Positions 1 through 12,599 of a stretch of 64,000 nt of DNA are shown piece by piece; within the stretch, counting starts at the first letter, position 1; every line of letters begins with the position of its first letter. The stretch is from positions 21,886,001 through 21,950,000 of the forward strand of contig OX597827.1 in assembly GCA_951406725.2 (NCBI GenBank), in the 5' to 3' direction. The notes beneath the pieces are model-generated. The model was not told the DNA's origin, did no database searches, and saw only the letters and a program-made list of their open reading frames with translations. The DNA is from Octopus vulgaris (taxonomy: Eukaryota). The translations under genes and the position numbers were made by a program.

Positions 1-875
1 GAAATAAAGAAATGCCATAGAAAAACACCACCAACACCACAACTAGATATCAGCGGTTCTGAGAATTAACAGCAGAAAATAAGGTTTCAATACCGACCAT
101 GATGATGTTCTGCACCAGGTCAGCTTTGAACTTCTAGCGTCCTGTTATAGACTCATTTCTATGCTCTGTATTTTATCTTACAATTCATTGTGTCTGAACT
201 TCTAACGTCCTGTTATAGATTTTCTATTACTTTGTATCAAAAGCGTTCCAGTCGTGATCATCTCGTCTTATGTTGTATATCAGAGACTACATTATGTAAT
301 TGTTTTTATGATAACGGGGGTATTTTCTTCATTGTAACCGGATTTCTTGAACGTTTTCTTCTAGCCTATCCCTTCAACATGTTTAGCAGTGTTGAAGTAC
401 CCCGTGTAAAGAATAAAATGTAAAATGGTTGGTTACCAATAAAACAGATGGGAGACATACTTTATTTGTAATTAATATTGTAATTAATATTGGATTTTCA
501 GAGCCCACCATGGTTATTTTTGCCTTTTATCCTTCCATAGTCGATAAATTAAAGAATCGATCAAATACTATTATCGATATAATTGACTGTCTGGCCCACC
601 TCTGTGACCCCACCCATATTCCAAGTGCTTCGTCAATCTAAGAAATTAATTTAAATTAAGTTAAATTTTTAACGAGACGGATAAGTTTCCTTCTTTCTAA
701 CCAGTGATCCAATTCTAGAGACACACTCCATATCATTGTCGACTGTCAGTATTGCACGGAATCATAAACTTAGCTGAAAACCTTTGCTTTCAACATTAAA
801 TGAGACGAGAAATGCAAATAAAGCTCTCCAAATATTTTTCTTGATACACGAGTTATATGTGATTACTTTGTAGTG

Positions 876-1015
876 GGAATTCGAAACCGAACCCCTGTAT
901 ACACGGTCAGATATCACGAGTAAACCACCATAGTTTCACGAGATCGGTCTCTTAACCGACCAATCAGCATGAAGCGATGGCGTCGACAGGTTTTCTCGAA
1001 CATTCTAAAATTTTA
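876..1015 (+). repeat. ~140-bp dispersed repeat with CCAAT box and 3-unit heat-shock element, copy 1
   Basis: Matches the reverse complement of 1936-2072 and directly matches 4958-5095. Contains ACCAATCAG and TTCtcGAAcaTTC (993-1005). Confidence 0.85.
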
Positions 1016-1935
1016 CTTCCTATCCCCTATAAAAACATTTAATTTTCGAGGTCAGTTTTTCCAGTTTGTTTAATTTATGGAATCGACTTTTTGATGAATT
1101 GACTTCTCAATAACAAAATATTTTATGCATATTTATATTTATCGGCATCAGAAGAATAAAAAGCAAAGTCGTTGATGGTTAACGGAGATGTTGAAAATTA
1201 AGCAATGTCTTGTGGTATTAAATTACAGATCTTTACGTTCTGTGTTTAAATCCTGTCGCAGCCATCTTCAACTTTCAGCCTTTCGGGGTGGATAAAACAA
1301 AGTCCTAGTCGTGCATGAGAAAGTGATATACCTGGATTTTTTGTTGCCCGGGCGCTCCATAAGTTTTCGCCTCTCCCCTCCATCCAAAAAAGCACAACAT
1401 AAAATACCACATCCCGCAAAAGAGAAAAAATTCGCCCAGGGCGGAGCCACCCTCTTTCGTTACTGTGTGGCCATGCTTATGGAACGGAGACTAATTTATA
1501 TCTCTATAACGCAGGGATTCTCCAACCAGGGTAATACATGTACACTTAAAAGTTCGCTAGAGAAATTGTAGAAGTACGCTAGGTCTGAAGTTGTTGTTAG
1601 TTTGTGTTGCTGGTGTTGTTTCCTGTGGTAGCTGGTAGAGTTGTTTCTTGAGCTGCGTGAAGAAATAACTGAACATTTAACAGATTTTATTGTCACACTT
1701 AAAGCAAATTGCGCTGGTTTTTTTTTACAGATAACAACAGCAATAATTACAAATTGGGAGAGAGATACTGCTTGGATTTTACGGTTTGCACAGCTTAACT
1801 GGAAACAATTGTGTTATATTCGTGGTGACGAAGGTACCTGTCATCTATCTGTGTCCTCTATCTTTGCTGTTGTTCTGGGTCGTCTGGCTAGTAAAAATAT
1901 GCACTTAACGGTTTTTCATTGGGGACCAGAATTAA

Positions 1936-2072
1936 AAGTTTAGAATGTTCGAGAAAACCTGTCGACGCCATTGCTTCACACTGATTGGTCGGTTAATAGA
2001 CCGATCACGTGAAACTATGGTGGTTTGCATGTGATGTCTGACCGTGTCTGCAGGGACTTGGTTTCGAACTCC
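1936..2072 (-). repeat. CCAAT/HSE repeat, copy 2 (inverted relative to copy 1)
   Basis: GAAtgTTCgaGAA (1943-1955) and CTGATTGGT; reverse complement of 876-1015. Confidence 0.85.
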
Positions 2073-2142
2073 CTCCCCCCACCGCACAAAGAAATTTCGG
2101 TATTTTCACAAATTATCTCACGATATGTAGTACACACACACA

Positions 2143-2181
<39 letters not shown>

Positions 2182-2249
2182 CATACACGCCCATACATAC
2201 GCCCATCATTGATATAGTAAAACAGAGATTGAAAAATCACTCATGTTGC

Positions 2250-2544
2250 AAATAGCCGTTCTGCTGTATCGGTAAACGGTTGATTTTGTCAGTTGTTAGG
2301 GGACACTTGCAACTGACCCAAAGCCCAAAGCGGCAGAAACGCGAATTTAGCAATGCCACTCCCCCACCCCCGCTGCTGGAAGATTTTCGTCTGCTGCTGA
2401 TATACTTTTGTGCTTTTTAACACTGTACGTCCATAAGAGATACCCTCTCGAGACGAATAACGCTGTTAAACGAGATTTCAGCGATGTATTTGCTTTGATT
2501 TATGAGACACAGAGTGTTCCTTCCCTCTCTCCCTCTCTCCCTCC

Positions 2545-2579
<35 letters not shown>

Positions 2580-2846
2580 TTCGTGTGTGTGTGTGTGTGT
2601 GTGTGTGGTTTACTTTTCATTGGTCGTGCTGCAGTTGAGATATAGGTGGACTAAGGTTCGATTGTCTAGTGTCACCAAGTGTGGAAAAGATATATGTAGC
2701 AAATAAATGACAGGAGAAAATGATTGTCGAAACAACTATTATTTTACTTTTACAATACAAAAAGACGATTGCTTCGGGTTGTTGTAGAAAGATTTGTTGA
2801 CATTCTCTTGTCCATTTGTTAAGTAGCTGTGTTCATCTGGGTGAGC
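2250..2846 (+). promoter_or_regulatory. Candidate promoter / non-coding first exon of the DEGS gene
   Basis: Non-repetitive, CpG-retaining stretch with (CT)n(GT)n, ending in a donor-like TGG|GTGAGC at 2841. The first coding exon starts at an acceptor, so an upstream exon is needed. The link to DEGS is inference only. Confidence 0.3.
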
Positions 2847-3639
2847 GTTAAGAGAAGGAGAGAAGGAGGAGAAGGGAAAGAGTTGTGAAATTTACCTCTC
2901 TTGGTTGACGAGTAGCGAGGGTGAAAATTGTATATTCCCTCGGTGACATGTCATGCGTGAAGTGCTCCTTCGGCCAGACACCAGGCAAAAGAGCGAGATG
3001 TTCTTTAGGCAAAGCGTCGAGGAAAGAAGAACTGAATTTGGGTTCTGTATTTATATTTTCCTACTTAAATTAGGTCAGACTGAGCAAAGAATCCTTTGTC
3101 TATTATCTAGTCTGAAGTGTATTTAACATAAAGATTTTTTAGCCAGCAACAGGAATTATCTAAATATGACAGTTGACTCTCAGAAATTTCTTAGTTCAAA
3201 TACCGAAAACAATAGGAAGGGACTCAAAGAAAAATCTAGACTGGGTTTCGAATTGTGGCTAAGAATCCAAAAAGCAAATCAACATTTCCTCCTCTTACTC
3301 AAAATATACCGGACTTCTGCTCAATTAAAATAAAGCATTAATTAATCTTAAACAACGGAATCCAAATGACTTTGAATGTATTCGAAAACTCAACCAATAA
3401 TATTTACGTTTAAAAAACAACTTTATTTTTAAAGGTTACTGGCAGCAGACGACCACTGGTTTTTATCAAATTTCTTCACATCGTATTTATGAATAAAAGA
3501 TTAATGATTCATTGGAATTTGAGGAATTCAGGCTTTTGGTTCGTTGCTAATATTCGTAATGGAAGTTGGTTTCTTTTTTTCTCAGTTTTTCCCATATACA
3601 CCGCTGATAGTTGTTCTTGACAAACAACGGCAGTAATTT

Positions 3640-3824
3640 TATTCAGTTGAATACATGTCATTGATTGGTTGAAACTACCGAAATACAACTTTAACAAAAA
3701 ATAACTTCCAAAATACAGAATTTTCTCAACAACGCCAAGACACATTCTACAAGTATACGAAGTTTGAAAGTGTTTAGTTACAAAAAATTATTTTTTAAAT
3801 CTGTCGGTCAAAAGGTAAAGATCC
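3640..3824 (-). mobile_element. Old diverged relative of the GGATC-TIR MITE (partial)
   Basis: Colinear with 26960-27145 (gattggttgaaa..agaattttctcaa..acacattctac.agtatacgaa..ttagttac) and ends in AAAGATCC. Confidence 0.65.
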
Positions 3825-4316
3825 TGATTATGAAATAGACATTGTTAGAAAACCCCATGTAGATAACTGGTTCTTTTATTATAAAGAAGGGGTAGAAGAT
3901 GATTTCAGGATGAACCAGGTTGACAATCCAATTTCTGTTCTCATGTGTCTCTATTTATGCCATTCTCCTGGGATTACAGACTTGCAGAAGCGAGATTGCA
4001 ATGCATTTCTCTTCTCAGATGTGGCCTTATTTGTTTTTGTCTCATGGAAATGTTGGGTTGCAGAAGTAGTCTGTAAATTGCTTGTGTTCCCTGGTGTGAG
4101 TTTTATTTATCGCCATCTGTTGGCAATGTTCTTGTTTCTTCTTCTCTAAAATCGATATGGTTGATTATCAATTCATGATACATCTATTCAAATTGTTTAA
4201 TCACCGACTGGTGTTGATAGTCAGGCAAGCTACGGTGACTTCTATTTGTAAACATATAGAATATTCGTAAATAACAGAGGCAATCTTCCGCTTTCACCAT
4301 ATATCAGTGTAGGATT

Positions 4317-4458
4317 TAACCATTTAGCATTCAGACTGCTTGGTCAAATGTAATTCTTATTTATTTACATTGTTTTGAATTCATTCTGCATTTTCTCGTA
4401 GCTTCAAGATTTCGATGATGCGATTGTTTACCTTTAGAATGATATTGTAGACTAGGTG
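4317..4458 (+). mobile_element. TTAA-bounded (piggyBac-type) MITE fragment interrupted by a solo LTR
   Basis: Starts TTAA-CCATTTAGCATTCAGA; recognised as a common octopus repeat end. Confidence 0.45.
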
Positions 4459-4906
4459 TGTAGAACGACCGTGCGAAAGGAGAGGTGACGAACGAATGAC
4501 TCCTTTAAACACCGCACGGTCGCCTTACAATAAAAGCCAAAACGTGGCTGCTGTGGTGTCGTCGTTGGAACAGGTTGCGTCTTGTGTGGTCAGTGACTAG
4601 ACCTGAAAAGTCTGGAACCGAAAGACCTCGTGACGAGGAGAAGCTGGGTTTTTATAAGGAGCTGTAGGTTCAAAACTGGGTTGAGAACAGGCTGTTTCAC
4701 TTGATTTTATTTAGAGGATCCGATTGGTTATACGCGGTAAATTGGCGCGACAGAGTAAGTGACAAATTGCCCCAATACCAACCAATCAGAGTAGTGGACA
4801 CAACGGGATCCAAATAGCGGCCAAAGACTAGTTGTTACCTGTTACGTTCGAATGCACATATATATAATAAAGGGGAGCGAGGAATTTCACTCGAGGGTAC
4901 GCTACA
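4459..4906 (-). mobile_element. Solo LTR (448 bp)
   Basis: TGTAG...CTACA termini. On the minus strand, CCAAT boxes are followed by TATAAAA (~4650) and a terminal hairpin. CpG-rich. No clear TSD. Confidence 0.6.
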
Positions 4907-4957
4907 ATGATTTTAAGTTAGATCACTTTAAAACAGAGAATTTGGATTGTAGCTTGG

Positions 4958-5095
4958 ATTCGGAACCGAATCCCTGTAGATACGATCAGACATCACGAGC
5001 AAACCACCATGGTTTCACGTTATCGGCCTATTAACCGACCAATCAGTGTGAAGCGAGGGTGTCGACAGGTTTTCTCGAACATTCTAGAATTTGCT
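4958..5095 (+). repeat. CCAAT/HSE repeat, copy 3, with a perfect 4-unit HSE
   Basis: tTTCt cGAAc aTTCt aGAAt at 5071-5090, with ACCAATCAG just upstream. Confidence 0.85.
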
Positions 5096-5270
5096 TTCCG
5101 GACCCTTGTAAAAACCACCCAGCGCGCATTTTGGGGCCAGAAAGGCGGCTAAGGCAGATGGTTCTTGACGACAGGAACCTCCGACGCCATGAATGTTATA
5201 CAATTATTTCCAGTTGTGTTGAGCAAGCCGCAGAATGCCATATCTATAGCTTGCTGTAAACTCCAAGCAG

Positions 5271-5318
<48 letters not shown>

Positions 5319-5891
5319 GTCTATGGTATGGTTTTTGGGGTCGACCGCGTCCTCCGCTTCATTTTTTGTTAATCACTCATTCTCATTTAATTGTATATAT
5401 TTTAATTGTTTGTTTATTCATACGTTTCGTCTCATTCGACACCCTGACCCCAACGTTTGTTTTGTCTGTCCCCGTATCGTTCCCTCTTTTTCTCAACCTT
5501 ATGGTGAATAAAGAAATTCTCTCTCTCTCTCTCTCTCCCCCTCTTCCCCCCTCTCTCAGTTTGTAATTATTGCTGTTATCTGTTAAAGACGAATGCAGTT
5601 TTGTCCTTTGCGTCCGATAATAAAATCTTCTGTCAAGTGTTCGCGGGTGTTGGTTAGGTTACTTCCACACGCAGCCCAAGAAATATGTTTTCATTTATCA
5701 ACTCAACCAATCGCCACAACAGACCAGACCAACGACCAAAAGCAGCGACAATAGCATAAACGTAGGAACCGTTTCAGGCAGTTTGTATCGAAAGGGTGAA
5801 GCAGTTGCTCATTCGCTTCGCTTACTAAGGATCACCGAGTTATTTGTGCATATTCCTCGCTTCATTTTCGTTCATTTTTTTTTCCATCCTG

Positions 5892-6315
5892 GGATCTTTT
5901 CGGTTTAAACGGCAGTTTTTAACATAATTTCTAGGTAACTAAAAAATTTTAAACTTCGTGTACTGGTAGAATGTGTTTATAAAACATCTTTTTCTCTTGG
6001 CTTTATTGAGAAAATTCTATAGTTTGTAAGATATTTGTTGTTTTTTTTCTTCAATTTCTGCAATTTCAACCAATCACTGACGTCTATTGAGATAAAAAAA
6101 ACATTCTATGCCGTATGAATATGTCCCTCCTTTAAGATACAGATTGGGTTTATTTACATTTGTGAAGAAAAAAAGATACCCTTCCCCCCACCCCTAATCC
6201 TAACCCTAACCCTAAAACAGATTGAAATGCAATAGATCGATATTAGGGTCATAATTATGGGTGACAATTTCATATGACACCGCTAGAAAAACTGCTGTTC
6301 AAACCGAAAAGATCC
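5892..6315 (+). mobile_element. Non-autonomous DNA transposon (MITE), GG-terminal TIRs, 8-bp TSD, Merlin-like, copy 1
   Basis: ~28-bp TIR GGATCTTTTCGGTTT(A/G)AAC(G/A)GCAGTTTT; TSD CCATCCTG at 5884-5891 and 6316-6323; internal (CCCTAA)n. Confidence 0.9.
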
Positions 6316-7107
6316 CCATCCTGCACTATGTTAAAGGAAGTTTATTTGTTGCATGAGTCGATAACATTTAAATCTTGGCTCCGTAATTCAGAATTTTCAA
6401 AACTTTTATCGTACCTTAGCGATTGGGAACGGGATAGGGTAGGGAATAATATAAATATATTTTTAAATACCTTCTTTAAACTTCTACCATGTTACTAAAT
6501 AACTGCTGACAACAACTTTTGGTACACTTTAGTCTCTCCGTGAGTGCTCACGTGTTTTCTCATCATGCTGAAAGAAGTAGCTAATTATCCTTAAATTCAC
6601 ATCTTACTCTCACGAATAAAGAAGGATACATTGGAAAAAAAAAACAATATCACCCTCTCGCTATCTTTAAGATAGCATGATAGCACCAGTGGAAATTTCT
6701 TAATAATTAATTCTGGTTTTATTGACCACAAGGGCTAACATAAATCAAAACACATGTAAGGATAAACACAGGACGTATGTGCCATTTCGTTACTGGTGGG
6801 TCCTATCCCCACAGGTAAACTGCTGTGATATATGGCTTGTGTGCGTGACTGATCTCATGTATACATATGTGCGCGCGTGTGTGTGTGTGTGTGTGTGTTG
6901 TTCTTTCCTTCACGTATGTCATTAAGTCTGACTGTATTTTGCTTTGTCCTACTTCTTGTTCCTGACCGACTTTCTATTTACAGGTGAATTGTGAGTATGC
7001 GTGAGGTTTTATTATTATTATTTTTTTATGACAATCTCCCTTCACCTCGCCTACCTATGATCTCCCTCACTTCCATTTTTTCCAGCTTGCACTGTTAATA
7101 GGCGTAG

Positions 7108-7220
<113 letters not shown>

Positions 7221-7259
7221 CTCTCCCTATCTCTTCATACACACACACGCACGTATCTC

Positions 7260-7311
<52 letters not shown>

Positions 7312-7477
7312 CCTACCTACCTATCTATCTAACGCCTGTGCAACTCACCTCCCGCATGCACTACTTTCTCTCCTTTCTATTCAGGAAGGTTGCAACAGCT
7401 TCTTTTTTTTCCAAAGCAGGACTTTGAATCATCCGCTCATAACAGCCTACCAAAACTCCATATACGTGTGCGTGCAC

Positions 7478-7508
<31 letters not shown>

Positions 7509-7598
7509 TGTGTGTGTGTGTGTGTGCGTGCGTGTGTGTGCGTGCGTGTAGAAAGAGTGAGAGAGAGGGGGGCAATTATGCGGATAAATAATTAGATA

Positions 7599-7923
7599 TC
7601 TATATGTAATAAAACTGAACATGTGTGTCTGTCTGTCTGTATCTATATATGTGCATCATTAAAACTCGAGAACTACCCAAACGATTTCATTCAAATTTTA
7701 CACATGCATTACTTAGGCTTCATGGAGTGTCATGGGCCAAAAAAATGTTCCACTTCTTGCCTAATGCGGGCCCAGACTGGTTCGGTATTACGTGTCAAAA
7801 GTGAAACAATAACATCTATATTGTAACGCGATATAATAGTTTCACTTTTATTCTTTTACTTTTAATTCTTTCACTTTTAATTCTAACTGTACTATTGTTT
7901 CACATTTATTCTTTCTCTGCTAG
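7599..7923 (+). mobile_element. Helitron-like non-autonomous element (degenerate)
   Basis: A|TCTATAT.. start with (TCTG)n and a CTAG|T end. The subterminal hairpin is not evident. Confidence 0.45.
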
Positions 7924-8084
7924 TATTAAATATATCAAATATAACAGGGTATGAAACACAAAATGAGTATTTGTGTGTATATGTGTTTATATATATGTAT
8001 ATATATATGCAAAACGGAAAAAACCAAACGGTGGATATTTTCATATGATGAATTTTTAAGTATAAATATATTCCTTTATTCTTA

Positions 8085-8260
8085 TATTTGTTTCTGTCGT
8101 TTGACTGCGACCATGCTGAGCACCGCCTTTTAGTCGAAGAAATCGACCCTAGGACTTATTCTATCGCGCTATTTTACCGAACTGCTCAGTTAAGGGGACG
8201 TAAACACACCAACATCAGTTGTCAAGCGATGGTGGGGGGACAAACTCAGGCACACACACA
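8085..8260 (-). mobile_element. SINE family A, 3' part
   Basis: Reverse complement of the 3' half of 20151-20577. Confidence 0.7.
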
Positions 8261-8265
8261 CACAC

Positions 8266-8386
<121 letters not shown>

Positions 8387-8911
8387 TGTTACAAGTATAA
8401 ACCATCTCTCCTCAACTCATTTCTTTCCAGCCAGAAACTATCCATTTGTTACATTTTACTTTTCACTCACGTACCCAGAGGCAAAATATAACTGCACCAA
8501 CACATTTTTTCACTGAAACATTATTATCGTCTTCCTCCATTCAATATGTTTGGGGAAACCCGCCAATAATTTCACTGCAGCATCTGCCTTTGCAAGATAC
8601 CATCATCAATGAATTTATTATACTTTCCTTGTGTTTCGGTTCGTGACTGTCATCGTAAGATCAAATCGATCGGTTTGTGTAGGCAAACTGGCGACTAAAT
8701 GCTCCAGCAGGTGATCTTGAAATTCCGCTGACAAACAACATCGATATATTCTTGTGCCAGACAATTTAGTTAACCTGCAGAGTGTTATGGGTTTTAGGTG
8801 ATTCATTAAACATCTAGACAACACACGACAATGTTTTCTACCTCTTTTAACATCAATAATCTAATAGAAGTAAGCAACGGTATAAAGTATACATACATGC
8901 GTATCTCGAAA

Positions 8912-9003
<92 letters not shown>

Positions 9004-9012
9004 CCTACCTAC

Positions 9013-9139
<127 letters not shown>

Positions 9140-9161
9140 AGTATATGTATGTATGTATGTA

Positions 9162-9217
<56 letters not shown>

Positions 9218-9414
9218 TGTGTGTGTGTCCCTGTCTGTGTGTGTGTGTACATTACAACCAGCAGCTTCCCATGCAGCCTCTGCAGTCGTGCCTGATTTTC
9301 GCCAATCGGACTCGTCAGGCATCACCAAGCTTGCTGCAGACGTGGACGCCCCCTTCCGTAAATCTTTGCTTGCGAAACCAACCCATGATACATATATACA
9401 TGATACATACACAG

Positions 9415-9443
<29 letters not shown>

Positions 9444-9446
<3 letters not shown>

Positions 9447-9565
9447 CAAAAATAGGAAAGGCCGGCTTATGGGATTACCTTAGGTTTCCCGTCCATAAAA
9501 CTAAACCCTTTGCGGACGGGAAACCTAAGGTAGTCCCATAAACCGACCTTCTCTGTTTTTAATAT
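9444..9565. repeat. Fold-back palindrome (~50-bp arms, 19-nt loop)
   Basis: ttatgggattaccttaggtttcccgtcc / ggacgggaaacctaaggtagtcccataa, inside CA/TA microsatellite. Confidence 0.85.
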
Positions 9566-9651
9566 ATACAGCTCTACATCTTAGAGTGTGCTTCTCCTTT
9601 CAGATTTATGTTTTTTGAAAAACGACACACACACATATATATATATATATA

Positions 9652-10140
9652 TCGGGTTGACCAAAATGTCTGTTTGGTTTTGCCATCACTAAACTTCAAG
9701 CGTTCTAATAGCTGCTAATTTCAGTTTGCCCCTTGTGCATGCGCACTCATTACATACTTGACATACTTGACGTAATTCGACTCGAACTTGCATCGAGACC
9801 GGTTGTATTTTGTGTGCTTGGCATCACTCTGAAAATGGAGAAGCAAAACGGACATTATTGACATCTCATGCTTTTTTTATTTAAAAAAAAAGGCAAGAAA
9901 GCGGAGGAAACCTGCCAGAAGTTATGCACTGTGTAAGGAGAGGATGTTGTTATGGAACATGTGTGCAAGAAGTGGTTTCATGATTTCAATCGGGAAATGT
10001 TTTCGGTTCAATATGCACCTGGCTCTGGTTGGCCAACTCAAATTAACAGCGACACTAATCCCCGTTGTACGATCTGGGTGATCGCAGATATTCCCCAAAT
10101 ATCGAAATTAAGTGTTGAAAGCCATTGCATCAAGTTGGTT
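9652..10140 (+). mobile_element. mariner transposon 5' remnant
   Basis: TA-adjacent start (tatcgggttgaccaaaa), then a broken HTH region MEKQNGHY*HLMLF..KGKKAEETCQKLCTV*GEDVV..CKKWFHDF..SGWP. Confidence 0.7.
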
Positions 10141-10789
10141 ACGTCAGGAGGCTCCTTGTGATTTAGCAGCAGGTCATCAACAGTTGATTTCTCTAAAACC
10201 TTCCTTCCTGAATCATCAGACCGCTGAAAATCTGTTTTGGCCACTGTTTTTCTTGCAGATGACGACATATGGCTGATTGAGCTCCACATAAAGCATATTG
10301 ATCTGATCAGTGGCAGACACACCCATGAAGGTCATAGGTCATGGCCACTGACTCCTTCATACTCCACGACAAGCGATAGAAACAACAACAGTAGCAACAA
10401 CAACAACAAATTTGAAACGTAGTCACTTACTAATTTGTGTTGAAAGAATTTTTTCTTTTCTTGATTATTTTTCTTTTCTTTTCTTTTTTTGTGGCTATCA
10501 CAAGAGATATTTCTGTCTCTTCAAAGACGATAAAAAAGAGTTGAAAAATTTCTTGGAACGTATAAACTAATTCCTTGGAGCCTCCCCCACTTTTTTTTTA
10601 GTCTCTTGCAGTGTTTAGAGAGATGAACGAAATCCACCATTCAAAAACTATCTATATAGATATCTTAGAATTGACATATTTTGTATAATGCCTTTGCTGT
10701 TATGTAATGGTGTAATAAAGTATTGATTGGGTATCATCTGATGGTTGATGTTTGATTGATTTAAGTATGTTTCTCCATTTTCTAATTTT

Positions 10790-10834
<45 letters not shown>

Positions 10835-12129
10835 TTATATATATTGTTTGGCAAGAGAAAGAATATATATATATATATTGTTTGGCGAGAGAAAGAAGAG
10901 TCCGCGACAATTTTCAAAGTCATCGCGACTGGTAGGATGGATTAAGTTTGTCACCCAAGAACAAGAATAATTGTTTTGCTTGGTTTCCCCACAGATTCAG
11001 GAAACTAGATTTCACTCACAAGGATTTGGTGCCGCACAGTAAGATCGAATCCAAAACTATGAATTTGTCTGTTGAGAAACAATATACAATAGAGCCCTCC
11101 TCTCTTAATGTTGTTGGGTGAAACGCTTCCATTTCTAGTTTAGCTTTGTCTGCATCTGTTGCCCTCACAAACCTCTCTTTTACCTTGTTACTTCACTAAA
11201 CTAGTCGGTGACCCTCCCGAGAAACAACGAAATCTATTCCTTTTTATTTATAAAGTGGATGAGAAAATAAAAGCAATAACAATGAAATATAAAAAAAAAG
11301 ACTTCGCAAAATGTACGATAATAACATAAATGGCAGGACAATAAACAATGTAGTTTGAAAGCATTCAGTGAATGGTGATGTGGGTACTGGGTCGTTTGTT
11401 TATCCAGCCTGGGATTGGAGGTGACCTGGATTTCTGGATTTTCCAGTTTTCTAGATATAACAATACAACTGATAAGCACTATTCAACCGATTTTTTGATT
11501 ATTTTAAACAAATGCAAACATAGAGTCTATAATGGGTAATCATGATTCTAATAATTCACCTTCTGTTAAAACATGTGTCTGACGTTAACTACTTCTGGAA
11601 AAAAAAAAAACTCCTTTAAGCTACCACAATACTTAATAAAATATAAAATAAACAATGAACATCTTAGTAAAGAACTAATATGTATTGAACAGATGTAGAT
11701 TAATAAACTTGTAAAACAGGGTTTATTTGATCTTTATATTAATCCACTTCGTTAATCCATATTCTCAGATGTATCTCTTCGTTCTTCGATGTACTAAGCA
11801 TAATTTGTCACCATTTCTTCAGTTTTCCGCTGGTAAATTGCTTTTCTGGTAGCTTTTGGATATATATTAATTTTAGACCTCATATAAATAATTACTTCAT
11901 TGATTTTTAGTAATCTTTATTCAGTAATGAAGAATAAGAATTAGATTGTATACCGCTGATACTTTAATATTCAACATTAGAGGTGGCCTGAGCCTTCATT
12001 CTGTTATTATTTTGTACCTTGGGAATTTGTTACTTGGTTTTTGTATTCAGCCTTCTGAAAAACTGGTTTCGCTTTATACTGTTTCACGTAAAGTAATTCT
12101 CCAGAAACCCGTTGGCTAAGTCGAACGAC

Positions 12130-12390
12130 TACGAGACTAAGATAAGTAGTGTTGAAATCAGATGTGGTGTGCAAGAGAGACGACTGCGCTGGTATGGTCA
12201 TGTGATGCGTATGGACGATGACGGCTGTGTAAAGAAGTGCCGATCTCTAACTGTGGAGAGAACCTGTAGTGGAGGTAGACCTAGGAAGACATGGGACGAG
12301 GTGGTGAAGCATGATCTTTGAACTTTGAGCCTCACAGAGGCAATGACTAGTAACCGAGACCTTTGACGATGTGCTGTGCTTGAGAGGTCA
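12130..12390 (+). mobile_element. RTE LINE ORF C-terminal fragment
   Basis: RRLRWYGHVMRM..GRPRKTWDEVVKHDL. Confidence 0.85.
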
Positions 12391-12599
12391 AGCCAAGTAC
12401 ACCCATGCTATTAAGGGACATGCTACGTGCATCTCTGAGCTATTAAGGGACATGCTCAACTGGTTAAGGTGAAACCACTGACAAGCAAATATTTGCTGTA
12501 GCCTATCTTTTACACCAAGACAAAACAATGTACTGATAACACTTCCAATCAGTTAAGATCAGAAGCGATGAGAGCCACTATCTGGTACTGCATCAGGGT

